64,000 bases of DNA from assembly GCA_963827235.1 (NCBI GenBank), contig CAWHAE010000012.1, positions 1,280,001 through 1,344,000 of the forward strand, in the 5' to 3' direction. The stretch's first letter is position 1. Every line of letters begins with the position of its first letter. Below the pieces are notes generated by a model, which was not told the DNA's origin, made no database searches, and was given only the letters and a program-made list of their open reading frames with translations. A program made the position numbers and the translations under genes. This DNA is from an uncultured bacterium (GTDB lineage Bacteria; Chloroflexota; UBA5177; JANWHV01). Below, piece by piece: positions 38,713 to 47,410 of the stretch.

Positions 38713-39681
38713 TCAAGCCAGGACCCGCCGTAGAAACTGCAGCTTGGCCTGCGTCTGGAAGCTCTGTCCGCTCTCGTGCCCGTTGAACGGGTACACCTTG
38801 ATCTCTTTCGGACCGGCGAAGTGATTGTAGGCCGCGTAGACCGTGGAGGGCGGGCAGATGTCGTCCATCAGGCCAACCGAGAACAAGCCGGTAGCGCGAC
38901 AGCGCGCGGCAAAGTTCACGCCGTCAAAGTAGGAGAGCGTCTCGAACACCCGATCGATCTTGTCTCGGTGGATGTGGCAGTAGCGAACGATCTCTTGGTA
39001 GGGATGCGTATCGACGAGCTCGCAGGCACGCCGGTAATAGCAGAGAAACGGCACGTCCGGCATCGCAGCCAGAACGTCGGGCACGAGTCCTGCCGCCGCC
39101 AGCGTGATGCCGCCGCCTTGACTGCCGCCGCCCACCACGATCTTGGCCGGATCGACCTCCGGTCTGGCCCTGGCCACCTCGATCGCGCGCACGGCGTCGG
39201 TAAACACGCGCCGGTAGTAGTACGTCTGCGGCGAAAGCACGCCCCGCGTCATGAAACCGGGAAACTGGGGGTTGCCGCCGTCGGGCTCGTTATCGGCGGT
39301 GTCGCCCGGGCCCCAGGCACTGCCCTGACCGCGGGTATCCATGACGAAGTGCGCGTACCCCGCGCTGGCAAACAGCAGCCAATCGAACGGCAGCCCGCGC
39401 CCGCCGCCATAGCCGATGAACTCAACCACGCAGGGCAGCGGCGCGGCGTGCTCCTTGGGAACTACGAACCAGCCCCTGATGGGCTGTCCGGCGTATCCGG
39501 CGAAGGTGACGTCGTAGAAGGCCAGCGAGGGGAAGCGAAGGTCCACTGGATCGAAGCGCGCGGTCTGCGGATGCGACCGGCTTTCCGCGAGCGTACCGCG
39601 CCAGAACTCGTCGAAATCCGGCGGTTCCACGCGCGCGGGCTTGTATTCAACCAGTTCCTCGTAGGGCAGATCCACCAGCAT
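38713..39681 (-). CDS. Acetyl xylan esterase / cephalosporin-C deacetylase (CE7)
   Basis: PPDFDEFW, GYGGGRG, DTRGQG, GGSQGGG nucleophile, GLMDDICPPST, FNGHE. Confidence 0.95.
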   Translation of the reverse strand: MLVDLPYEELVEYKPARVEPPDFDEFWRGTLAESRSHPQTARFDPVDLRFPSLAFYDVTFAGYAGQPIRGWFVVPKEHAAPLPCVVEFIGYGGGRGLPFDWLLFASAGYAHFVMDTRGQGSAWGPGDTADNEPDGGNPQFPGFMTRGVLSPQTYYYRRVFTDAVRAIEVARARPEVDPAKIVVGGGSQGGGITLAAAGLVPDVLAAMPDVPFLCYYRRACELVDTHPYQEIVRYCHIHRDKIDRVFETLSYFDGVNFAARCRATGLFSVGLMDDICPPSTVYAAYNHFAGPKEIKVYPFNGHESGQSFQTQAKLQFLRRVLA

Positions 39682-40131
39682 ACGGCCTCCCAAAGTCTCC
39701 GTCACGAGGCGCGGATCGGAATCCGCGCGGACGCATACGACAACGCCGAGCGCCGGTCCCCAGCCCGAAGCATGTCCCGGCGAGACCGCCCGGCCCACAG
39801 TCCATAGTATCTCGGGTAGACGACCGCCGGGTACGCACAGCGCGGTGGATGGAGCGGGTCTGCACCCGAATGAACGCCCGCGAGCCCATGCCGTTGGCAC
39901 TATCGTCTGCCGCACGCTGGCCGAACGTGCTCGGCTTATGGATGTGCTCACGCGACGGCATTCTGGACTTTCACCTGGTGAAGCTCCTCGGCGCACGATG
40001 GCCACGGTTCGCCGTATCAGGCGGGCGCCGCGGCTCAGGCTGGGGCGGATCGGTTGGCACGATACCGTGTCCCGGCGTTCCCGGCCCGGGCACCCGCGAG
40101 CGTACTACCGTCAAGCGAATGGCACTGACTA

Positions 40132-40161
40132 GTATCTATCTGCACCGGTGCAGATAGATAC
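40132..40161. repeat. Perfect 30-bp palindrome
   Basis: GTATCTATCTGCACCGGTGCAGATAGATAC equals its own reverse complement; related 17-mers at 40375-40391 and 40485-40501. Confidence 0.9.
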
Positions 40162-40969
40162 ATTATGCTGATAGGGCGGCGTGTGGGTATGCCGACGTCG
40201 GTGACCGGTCCCGGCTTTGGCGCCCGCCTCGTGCCGGTGGTTGCCGAAGGTCGCAACCTTTCACCCCACCGCAAAAAGATAACCAGAGCTGTGACTGCGG
40301 CGGCGGTGACGCGGGGGGAACTGCCGGCCACGTCGCCGCCTGCCCGGCACATCTCCTGAGCACCAGAGTGATAGGTATCTATTTGCATCGGGTATCTTCG
40401 AGCCGGAGACGGATCGAGCGGCCCTTGCTGCCACATGCGTGCCACTCGCTCCGCCGCTTCTTCCCCTCGAGAGCATCCACCATTGAACCTATTTGCGCCG
40501 GGCGCCGCGCCACCGTCCAGAATGGCGGCGTGCCAAGCCATCGTGCATATCGTTGGGCCAGACAGTCGCCCCAGCTCGCGAGCGGTCAGCCGATGGCGGG
40601 CACAACCGGACCGTGACGCGGCCGCCTGTCGTTACACGACAATCGCAGCCATGCCGGGTATATCCGGAGACTGCCGCGGCCCAGGGCTCGCCCGGCCCAA
40701 GCTTTCGGCCATGCCGTGCGGGTCCGGCCGCCGATGGCAGGCACATGGTGCTGTGACAGCGCGGGCGCCTACAATAGTGAGCAGCCGGCCAGGGACGAGA
40801 CGGCCTTGAGGACGGCCACGACTGGCGGCGGCAGGACGAGGATGTCCCGCCACTATTGGCAGCGGAAACGCGCCGAACCGGTCCTGCTCGGTCGCGCGCG
40901 GCACGCCCGACAGCTCCGGCGCGGGAACCGCAGGGGCAGGATAGCGCAGAGATTGGAGGAGCGACCGAC

Positions 40970-42421
40970 ATGGGCACCGAAGGGCAGACGGCAATCGACA
41001 TCGTGCGCGGCACGCCGCTCAGCGGCACCGGCTTCAACCCGCTGTCGGCCAGGGCAGTACGGAGGTTGGCGGAGCTGCTCGGCCCTGAGCGCGTGTTGCG
41101 CTCGCCCGAGGATCTCCAGGTGTATGCCTACGACGGCACCTTCCTCGAGCACCGGCCCGACGTGGTCGTGCTGCCACGGACGACGGCCGATGTGCAGGCG
41201 GTGCTCAAGCTCGCCGGCGCGGAGCGCGTGCCCGTCATCGCGCGCGGGGCGGGTACCGGCCTCGCCGGGGGTTCCGTACCCCTCGCGGGAGGCATCGTGC
41301 TGGCCTTCACGCAGATGAACCGGGTGATTGAGCTGGACGAGGTGAACATGCTCGTGCGCGTGCAGCCGGGCATGGTGACCGCCGACCTGCAGGCGATGGT
41401 GCTCACGCACGGACTGTACTATCCGCCCGACCCGGCGAGTCAGAAGCAGTGCACGATCGGCGGCAACGTGGCCATGTGCGCGGGCGGACCGCACGGTCTC
41501 AAGTACGGGGTGACCAAGGACTACGTGCTCGGGCTTGAGGCGGTGACCGCCGACGGCAGCGTGATGCGCACGGGCGGCAAGATGATCAAGAACGTCACCG
41601 GCTACAACCTGACCCAGCTCATCGTCGGCTCGGAGGGCACGCTGGCGGTGATCACCGAGATCACTCTTCGCCTCCTGCCGAAGCCGCGCGCCGACCGCAC
41701 GGCAATGGCCGTGTTCGACGACATCGACGTGGCGAGCAAGATGATCACGGCCATACTCAACGCCGGTGTCGTGCCGGCCACGATCGAAATCATGGACCAG
41801 GATTCCGTTCGCCTGGTCGAGGAATGGCTCCATGCCGGGCTGCCCGTCGACGCCCAGGCGATATTGCTGATCGAGTGCGATGGGGAACCGTCGGCCGTGG
41901 AGAGCGAGCTCCGTGACGTCGAACGCCTCTGCCTGGAGGCCGGGGCGCGTGAGGTCCGCGTGGCCAGGGATGCTGCGGAGAGCGAGAAGCTCTGGACGGG
42001 CCGGCGCGCGGTGTCGGCGTCCATGGCCCGCGCACGGCCGACCAAGCTGGGCGAGGATATCTCCGTGCCGCGTAGCGCCATCCCGGAGATGCTGCGCGCC
42101 ATCCGCGCGATCGCCGCGAAGTACCGGCTGCCTATCCCTGTATTCGGGCACATCAGCGACGGCAACCTGCACCCCGAGGTGCTGTTTGACCGCCACGACG
42201 AGGAAGAAGTCTCCCGAGTGAACCTGGCCGCCGGAGAGATCTTCGACGCCGCGATTCGCCTGGGCGGCACGCTGACCGGCGAGCATGGCATCGGCGCCCT
42301 GAAGAAGGAGTTCATGGGCAGAGCACTGGATCCGGTGGAGCTGGAGCTCATGCGCCGGGTGAAGAAGGTCTTCGACCCGCAGGGCATCCTCAATCCGGGC
42401 AAGGTGTTCGGCACCAGGTAG
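40970..42421 (+). CDS. FAD-linked oxidase, GlcD / D-lactate dehydrogenase family
   Basis: ARGAGTGLAGG, YPPDPAS, TIGGNVA..AGG...KYGVT, GSEGTL, GHISDGNLH, TGEHGIG, FDPQGILNPGK. Confidence 0.92.
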   Translation: MGTEGQTAIDIVRGTPLSGTGFNPLSARAVRRLAELLGPERVLRSPEDLQVYAYDGTFLEHRPDVVVLPRTTADVQAVLKLAGAERVPVIARGAGTGLAGGSVPLAGGIVLAFTQMNRVIELDEVNMLVRVQPGMVTADLQAMVLTHGLYYPPDPASQKQCTIGGNVAMCAGGPHGLKYGVTKDYVLGLEAVTADGSVMRTGGKMIKNVTGYNLTQLIVGSEGTLAVITEITLRLLPKPRADRTAMAVFDDIDVASKMITAILNAGVVPATIEIMDQDSVRLVEEWLHAGLPVDAQAILLIECDGEPSAVESELRDVERLCLEAGAREVRVARDAAESEKLWTGRRAVSASMARARPTKLGEDISVPRSAIPEMLRAIRAIAAKYRLPIPVFGHISDGNLHPEVLFDRHDEEEVSRVNLAAGEIFDAAIRLGGTLTGEHGIGALKKEFMGRALDPVELELMRRVKKVFDPQGILNPGKVFGTR

Positions 42422-42469
42422 GATCCGGCACGTGGGCGCCTGCCGGGGAAGTGCACCGGTGCGGCGACC

Positions 42470-43462
42470 TCAGCCGGCGCCGAATGCACCCGACAGATTC
42501 GTCCACGCTTCCGGCGGCACGCCGCCGGGCAAGCTCTTCAAGGCCAGAAAGGCGGCGCCGGCGGCAGGTGAGAGCCTTGGCGGGCCCACGCGGGCCCCCG
42601 GCAACGCGTCGAGGACGCGTTGCCGGAAGGGTTCGGCGATCAGCTCTCCGGCCTGCCAAACACCGCCGTGGCAGGCAACGGGAAACGCCTTGCCGCCGAG
42701 CCCGAGACGGCTGCCCAGAGCGATCACCATCGCGGCCAGGCAATCCGCGGCGGCCGCCAGCACGCCGGCGGCGGCGCTATCGCCGGCAAGCGCGCATTGG
42801 GTAACCACCGGCGCCAGGCGCGCGATCTGGTCGCGAGTCATGGCCGGCGGGCCGTAGAGCGGGCGAAGCAGGTCGTCGAAGCCGGGCACGTCCACTGCAC
42901 GCGAGAACGCGCCGGCGAGACTGGAGGAAGGCAAGCGCCCGTCCAGCCCGAGCGAGGCCACGCGCAGGCCCTCGCGCGCGATCGCGTAGGCACTGCCCTC
43001 GTCGCCGATCAGGTAGCCCCAGCCGCCGCAGCGACCCGTGTTGCCCTGGTGGTCCCGCCCCAGGGCGATCGAGCCCGTGCCGGCGATCACCACGATGCCA
43101 GCGTCGTCGCCGCACGCCGCGGCCAGCGCAACGTCCGCGTCCGTCCACAGGCCGACGCGGCTGGCCGGATAGGCGCCGGCCACCTGGCGAGTCAGGCGAT
43201 CCTTGTCGGCGGCCGTGTGCAGGCCTGCCAGGCCCACGGCGATCGCCGCGACCTCGTACTCGGGCACGTGCGGGGAGGCTGCTCGGTGCAGGGCCATGCC
43301 GACTGCCTCCACGATGGACCGCAGTGTTTGCGGCTCGCCGACCGCCTGGAAATTCGCCGGTCCGCCCGAACCGGCCGACACCAGCCGCCCTCCGCCGGAC
43401 ACGAGGACGGCGCTCGTGCCGGTGCCGCCACCGTCGACGCCGATCACGTAGCGAGCGCTCAA
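42470..43462 (-). CDS. BadF/BadG/BcrA/BcrD-type N-acetyl-amino-sugar kinase (MurK/GlcNAc-kinase-like)
   Basis: IGVDGGGT, GPANF, VIAGTGSIA, RCGGWGYLIGDEGSAY; 4-nt overlap with the GntR gene. Confidence 0.88.
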   Translation of the reverse strand: MSARYVIGVDGGGTGTSAVLVSGGGRLVSAGSGGPANFQAVGEPQTLRSIVEAVGMALHRAASPHVPEYEVAAIAVGLAGLHTAADKDRLTRQVAGAYPASRVGLWTDADVALAAACGDDAGIVVIAGTGSIALGRDHQGNTGRCGGWGYLIGDEGSAYAIAREGLRVASLGLDGRLPSSSLAGAFSRAVDVPGFDDLLRPLYGPPAMTRDQIARLAPVVTQCALAGDSAAAGVLAAAADCLAAMVIALGSRLGLGGKAFPVACHGGVWQAGELIAEPFRQRVLDALPGARVGPPRLSPAAGAAFLALKSLPGGVPPEAWTNLSGAFGAG

Positions 43463-44202
43463 CGCGGCACGACCATGCGGAAACGGTAGCGATCGGCCCG
43501 GTAGAGCGTATGCCCATAGATCGCCGGCCCGCTGTTGTTTCCGACCTGCACGTAGGTGGTCTGGCTGATCATCAGCGTGGCATCGCGCTTGGAGAGGCCC
43601 AGCAACTGCGCGTCGCCGGCCGTGGGCAGCACGACGGAGAACTCCTGCGAAGCATGCGTGAGCCGTAGTGCAAGCGTGGCTTGAATGAACTCGTACAGCG
43701 AGCCGGTAGACAGGTCGGCATCCAGGATGGGGCGGAACAAGGCGTAATTGAAGTAGGAGGTCTCAAGTGCCATCGGCGACGCGTCCGCGAGACGCAGGCG
43801 CTTGAGGTAAATCACCGCCTCCCGGACCCCCAGGCCGAGGTGCTCGGTGGCGTCCGGCGGAGCCGGAACGACCTCGCGCGCGATCAGCCGGGCCGTGGGC
43901 ACCATGTGTCGAGCATGCATGTCCTCGCTGAAGCTGCGCAGCCTGCTCAGCTCGCGCTCGACCCATTGCTGCGCCACGAACGTGCCGCGCCCACGCTCGC
44001 GTCGAAGCAGCCCTTCTCGAATGAGACCGTCCAGGGCCTGGCGCACGGTCATGCGCGCTATGCCGAATTGCTGGCCGAGCGCCTGTTCCGACGGTATTGC
44101 CTTGCCTACCTCCCAGACACCCGAAGCAATGTTCTCGCGAACCAGTGCCTGAAGCTGGCGGTATACCGGCACACCGGTGTTCTTCTGGAGTGTGGTCACC
44201 AT
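43459..44202 (-). CDS. GntR/HutC-subfamily regulator with UTRA domain (NagR/DasR-like)
   Basis: PVYRQL, IPSEQAL...IARMTVRQAL, RGRGTFV, SFSEDM, YRADRYRF. Confidence 0.93.
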   Translation of the reverse strand: MVTTLQKNTGVPVYRQLQALVRENIASGVWEVGKAIPSEQALGQQFGIARMTVRQALDGLIREGLLRRERGRGTFVAQQWVERELSRLRSFSEDMHARHMVPTARLIAREVVPAPPDATEHLGLGVREAVIYLKRLRLADASPMALETSYFNYALFRPILDADLSTGSLYEFIQATLALRLTHASQEFSVVLPTAGDAQLLGLSKRDATLMISQTTYVQVGNNSGPAIYGHTLYRADRYRFRMVVPR

Positions 44203-44292
44203 CGCTCCCAACCTCCTCCGGTATCAGCGTATCAGCACCCAGGGTCGCACAGATCGCGTCCGCGGTACGGCTCGGTACACCCAGGCATGGAC

Positions 44293-44304
44293 ACGTCTAG
44301 ACAT
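44293..44304. promoter_or_regulatory. GntR operator 1 (ACGTCTAGACAT)
   Basis: GTCTAGAC palindromic core like dre sites; just downstream of the leftward promoter; identical to operator 2. Confidence 0.75.
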
Positions 44305-44323
44305 CTTCCGCCGCGCTGGCTCG

Positions 44324-44352
44324 ATTCTACCGGTGTCCTCATGCAATGTCAA
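44324..44352 (-). promoter_or_regulatory. Sigma70-type promoter for gntR-kinase
   Basis: Minus strand TTGACA-N17-TAGAAT. Confidence 0.8.
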
Positions 44353-44478
44353 CCGGCGGGCGGCAGCGCACGGGGACGAAACCATCGCCCTAAACCAGCG
44401 AAAACCGGTCTATTCTCCGCTCATGCCACGGCCACGGGGCGCTCCAGCGCATGAGCCCGATGGAGCTGCCGGCCCGTA

Positions 44479-44507
44479 TTGACAAGCCCTAGGGGCGATG
44501 ATATACT
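44479..44507 (+). promoter_or_regulatory. Sigma70-type promoter for the GNAT-ABC-namZ/murQ operon
   Basis: TTGACA-N17-TATACT with extended TGn. Confidence 0.82.
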
Positions 44508-44523
44508 TCTCGCATTCTGCAGG

Positions 44524-44535
44524 ACGTCTAGACAT
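44524..44535. promoter_or_regulatory. GntR operator 2 (ACGTCTAGACAT)
   Basis: Identical 12-mer 17 nt downstream of the -10 box. Confidence 0.75.
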
Positions 44536-44777
44536 GTGACCCTGAATTGCGTGCTTGATCGGCGTCGACTTGCCGCTCCAGCCGCGCGGAAAGCGAAGTT
44601 CAGCGCACCGGCGCGCTGTCGTTCGAGCCCCTTGAGCGGCGCTTCCGCCACTCCGCGGGCCTATACGTCGCGCGTGACACCGTCGTACCGTCGGGGCGTC
44701 GCCGACCCGTGATTGCCATTCTGCCTCTACCGCGTTGATCCGTTAGCTACTAACCACGATCAGTGAAGGGAAGAGCG

Positions 44778-45749
44778 ATGCAGCAGGCTTCAATTAGAGG
44801 GTACCTGCCCGGTGACGAGCAGGCGGTTGTCGCTCTTTGGAACCGCTGCTTGCCGGCCGATCCGATCGCGCTCGATCGCTTCGCGCTGCAAGTGCTGCTC
44901 GACGTCAATTTCGATTCCGGCGGCTTTCTGGTGGCCGAGCACGAGGGCGCGATAATCGGCTTCTTGCTGGCCGTCACGCGCAAGACGCCCATGTATGGCC
45001 TCGACGACGATCCCGAAGACGGATGGATCACGGTGTTCTTCGTCCATCCGGCGCACCGCGGCCGGGGAGTGGGCCGGGCACTGCTCGATCGCGGTCGCTC
45101 TCACGTAGCCGCGCGCGGCCGCAGCTGGGTCAGCGTCTCGCCCTATGCGCCCAACTACTTCTGGCCCGGCGTGGACGGCTCGCGGTACGCGCCGGCGGAA
45201 GCCTTCCTCAGGAAGCACGGCTTCGAGACGATCGAGACACCGGTTTCCATGACCTCGAGCCTCGTCGGCTTCAGCATTCCGGAGAGCGTGCACGATCTGC
45301 GGCACCGGCGAGAGCAGGAGGGATACACCTTCGGCACTCTGCGAGATGACCAGATCGTGGGCGTGCTCGACTTCAACATGCAGCATTTCACGGCCGACTG
45401 GGCCCGCTCCATTCGGGAGGCGCTGATCCGCGGCGTGCCGCGCGAGCGCGTGCTTGTTGCCGCGCGTGGCGCCGAGATTGCCGGCTTCTGCATGTATGGC
45501 GGCTACGACCGCGTTGCCGAGCGGTTCGGGCCCTTTGGCGTCCGTCCCGACCTGCGACGCCTGGGCTTGGGGCGGATCTTGCTCTATCTGTGCCTCGAGC
45601 GTATGCATGGCACGGGGCTTCAAAATGCCTGGTTTCTGTGGACGGGTCTCGACGATCCCGCCGGCCATCTCTACTCCAGCGCAGGATTCCAGGTCAGTCG
45701 CCAATACGCGGTCTTGAGAGCGCCTGCGGCGACCGCCGAGAGGAGGTGA
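44778..45749 (+). CDS. Tandem GNAT N-acetyltransferase (GlmA-like glucosamine/glucosaminide acetyltransferase)
   Basis: Two acetyl-CoA motifs VHPAHRGRGVG and FGVRPDLRRLGLG; YAPNYFWPGVD; context next to a MurK-like kinase. Confidence 0.75.
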   Translation: MQQASIRGYLPGDEQAVVALWNRCLPADPIALDRFALQVLLDVNFDSGGFLVAEHEGAIIGFLLAVTRKTPMYGLDDDPEDGWITVFFVHPAHRGRGVGRALLDRGRSHVAARGRSWVSVSPYAPNYFWPGVDGSRYAPAEAFLRKHGFETIETPVSMTSSLVGFSIPESVHDLRHRREQEGYTFGTLRDDQIVGVLDFNMQHFTADWARSIREALIRGVPRERVLVAARGAEIAGFCMYGGYDRVAERFGPFGVRPDLRRLGLGRILLYLCLERMHGTGLQNAWFLWTGLDDPAGHLYSSAGFQVSRQYAVLRAPAATAERR

Positions 45750-45913
45750 AGCCACAGAAGCACCCGTCGCTCGTGCTGTAAGACCACGTCGCAAGACATA
45801 GAAGGCGGGCCCGGGCGCGAACAACCGCGAGCGCTGCAGTGCAGTGCTCGACGCCGGCACGCCGCAGTTACACACCTGTATAGATCAACTACCCAAGCTA
45901 AGGAGGCTGCCCA

Positions 45914-47215
45914 ATGCATGCTCGCCGAATGCTGGCTGCAGTGACACTTATTGCCCTCGCCAGCGCGACCCTTGGCGGCGCCGCACAGTCCCGCGTCTCT
46001 GCAGCAGATCAAGTGACAGTCACCTACTGGACACACGTGAATGCACCGGCGCAGACCGTAGAGAAGAAGCTGATCGCCGAGTACGAGGCCGCCAACCCCA
46101 ACGTCAAGATCAATTACGTGGTGATCGACTTCAACAGCCTGCCGACCAAGCTCACCACTGCCCTGGCGGGCGGCGCCGGCCCGGACATCTTCAACTACTT
46201 CCGCTCCTTTGCGCCGGCTCTCGTGCAGCGCGGCCTCATCGTCCCGGTCGATTTCAAGGCGTTCGGCGTCGCCAATCAGAAAGCGTTCACCGATCGCTAT
46301 CTGCCATCGATCATCGGCGGCTACACCTTCGGCAACGGCGTCTACGGCGTGCCTCACGAGGTGTCGAACTTCGCCTTCTGGGTAAACGGGACCGAGTTCA
46401 AGGCCGCCGGCCTCGACCCGGTCAAGGACTTCCCGAAGACGTGGGCCGACGTGGCGCGGCTCGGCGCCAAGCTGACCATTCGCAAGGGCGGCAAGGTGGT
46501 GCAGGAAGGCATCTCGCTGCCGCTCTATAACGTCATCCGCGACACGCTTACCCTGGATTCCATGGCCCGCCAGGCGGGCGGCGGCCTGTTCAGCGCCGAC
46601 GGCAAGAAGGCACTGCTCAACAGTGCGCCCGCGATCAAGGCACTGCAAACGTGGTCGGACATGGTACACGTACAGAAGATCAACGACCCGGCACTTGGCC
46701 CCACGGCCTCGACCGACAATACCGATCTCTTCGGCAACGGCACCGCGGCTATGATCAACGTCGGCGGCTCCTGGCTAACCAGCATCCTGCAGCAGACCTA
46801 TCCGAAGGTCTACGCCAACTACAACGTGGGACCCGAACCGCGCTTCGATCCCACGACCAAGATCGGCTCCGACATGTACGGCTTCGGTCTGTTCGTGCCC
46901 AAGAGCTCGCAGCACCAAGCCGCGGCATGGCAGTTCGCACGATTCCTGGCCGATCACGGTGACGACTACTTCTCGGGCGCCGGGATCTGGTTGGGAGACA
47001 AGACGCCGTTGAGCACCAATCTTACCAAGACACTGAAGAAGTGGAGCGTGTTCCAGAACACGTTTGCCGAAGGCTCGTTCCTGCCTCCGGTCACCAACTA
47101 CAACGAGCTTGCCAATATCGTCGAGCGGGCGATCGAGCGTGCGGTACTGAACGGCCAGAGCCCGCAGTCGTCCCTCAACCAGGCACAACAAGAGGCCCAG
47201 CCCCTGATGCAATAG
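45914..47215 (+). CDS. Carbohydrate ABC transporter solute-binding protein
   Basis: AAGGAGG RBS, signal peptide, YEAANPNVKI, LAGGAGPDIF, FKAAGLDP...PKTW. Confidence 0.93.
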   Translation: MHARRMLAAVTLIALASATLGGAAQSRVSAADQVTVTYWTHVNAPAQTVEKKLIAEYEAANPNVKINYVVIDFNSLPTKLTTALAGGAGPDIFNYFRSFAPALVQRGLIVPVDFKAFGVANQKAFTDRYLPSIIGGYTFGNGVYGVPHEVSNFAFWVNGTEFKAAGLDPVKDFPKTWADVARLGAKLTIRKGGKVVQEGISLPLYNVIRDTLTLDSMARQAGGGLFSADGKKALLNSAPAIKALQTWSDMVHVQKINDPALGPTASTDNTDLFGNGTAAMINVGGSWLTSILQQTYPKVYANYNVGPEPRFDPTTKIGSDMYGFGLFVPKSSQHQAAAWQFARFLADHGDDYFSGAGIWLGDKTPLSTNLTKTLKKWSVFQNTFAEGSFLPPVTNYNELANIVERAIERAVLNGQSPQSSLNQAQQEAQPLMQ

Positions 47216-47259
47216 CGCTGAGATCTGGGATCATTCATCCGGACCGCCACGACGCGGTG

Positions 47260-47295
47260 TTGGCCGCCACGCGCTTGGAAGCGCGTGGCGGCCAA
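47260..47295 (+). other. 16-bp intercistronic stem-loop after the SBP gene
   Basis: TTGGCCGCCACGCGCT-TGGA-AGCGCGTGGCGGCCAA; typical position for an mRNA-stabilising or partial-termination hairpin. Confidence 0.65.
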
Positions 47296-47410
47296 TGCGA
47301 GAGCCCCTGGCGAGCCGGTTGCCGGTCGCGGACCGTTCACGGCCAGGCGACCCAGATGAGGCCGAGCCGTGCACGGGGATCCGGCACATTCTGCGAGAAC
47401 GGAAGAAGGC

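Noticed and set aside
40185-40246. c-di-GMP-I riboswitch-like words on the minus strand (GGCAAC...GGGCGCCAAAGCC...GGTC)
   Set aside because: The P2 stem with GNRA loop cannot be formed and the spacing is off.
44588-44650. tRNA-like segment containing GTTCGAG and ending TTCCGCCA
   Set aside because: Only about 63 nt, with no paired T-arm or anticodon arm.
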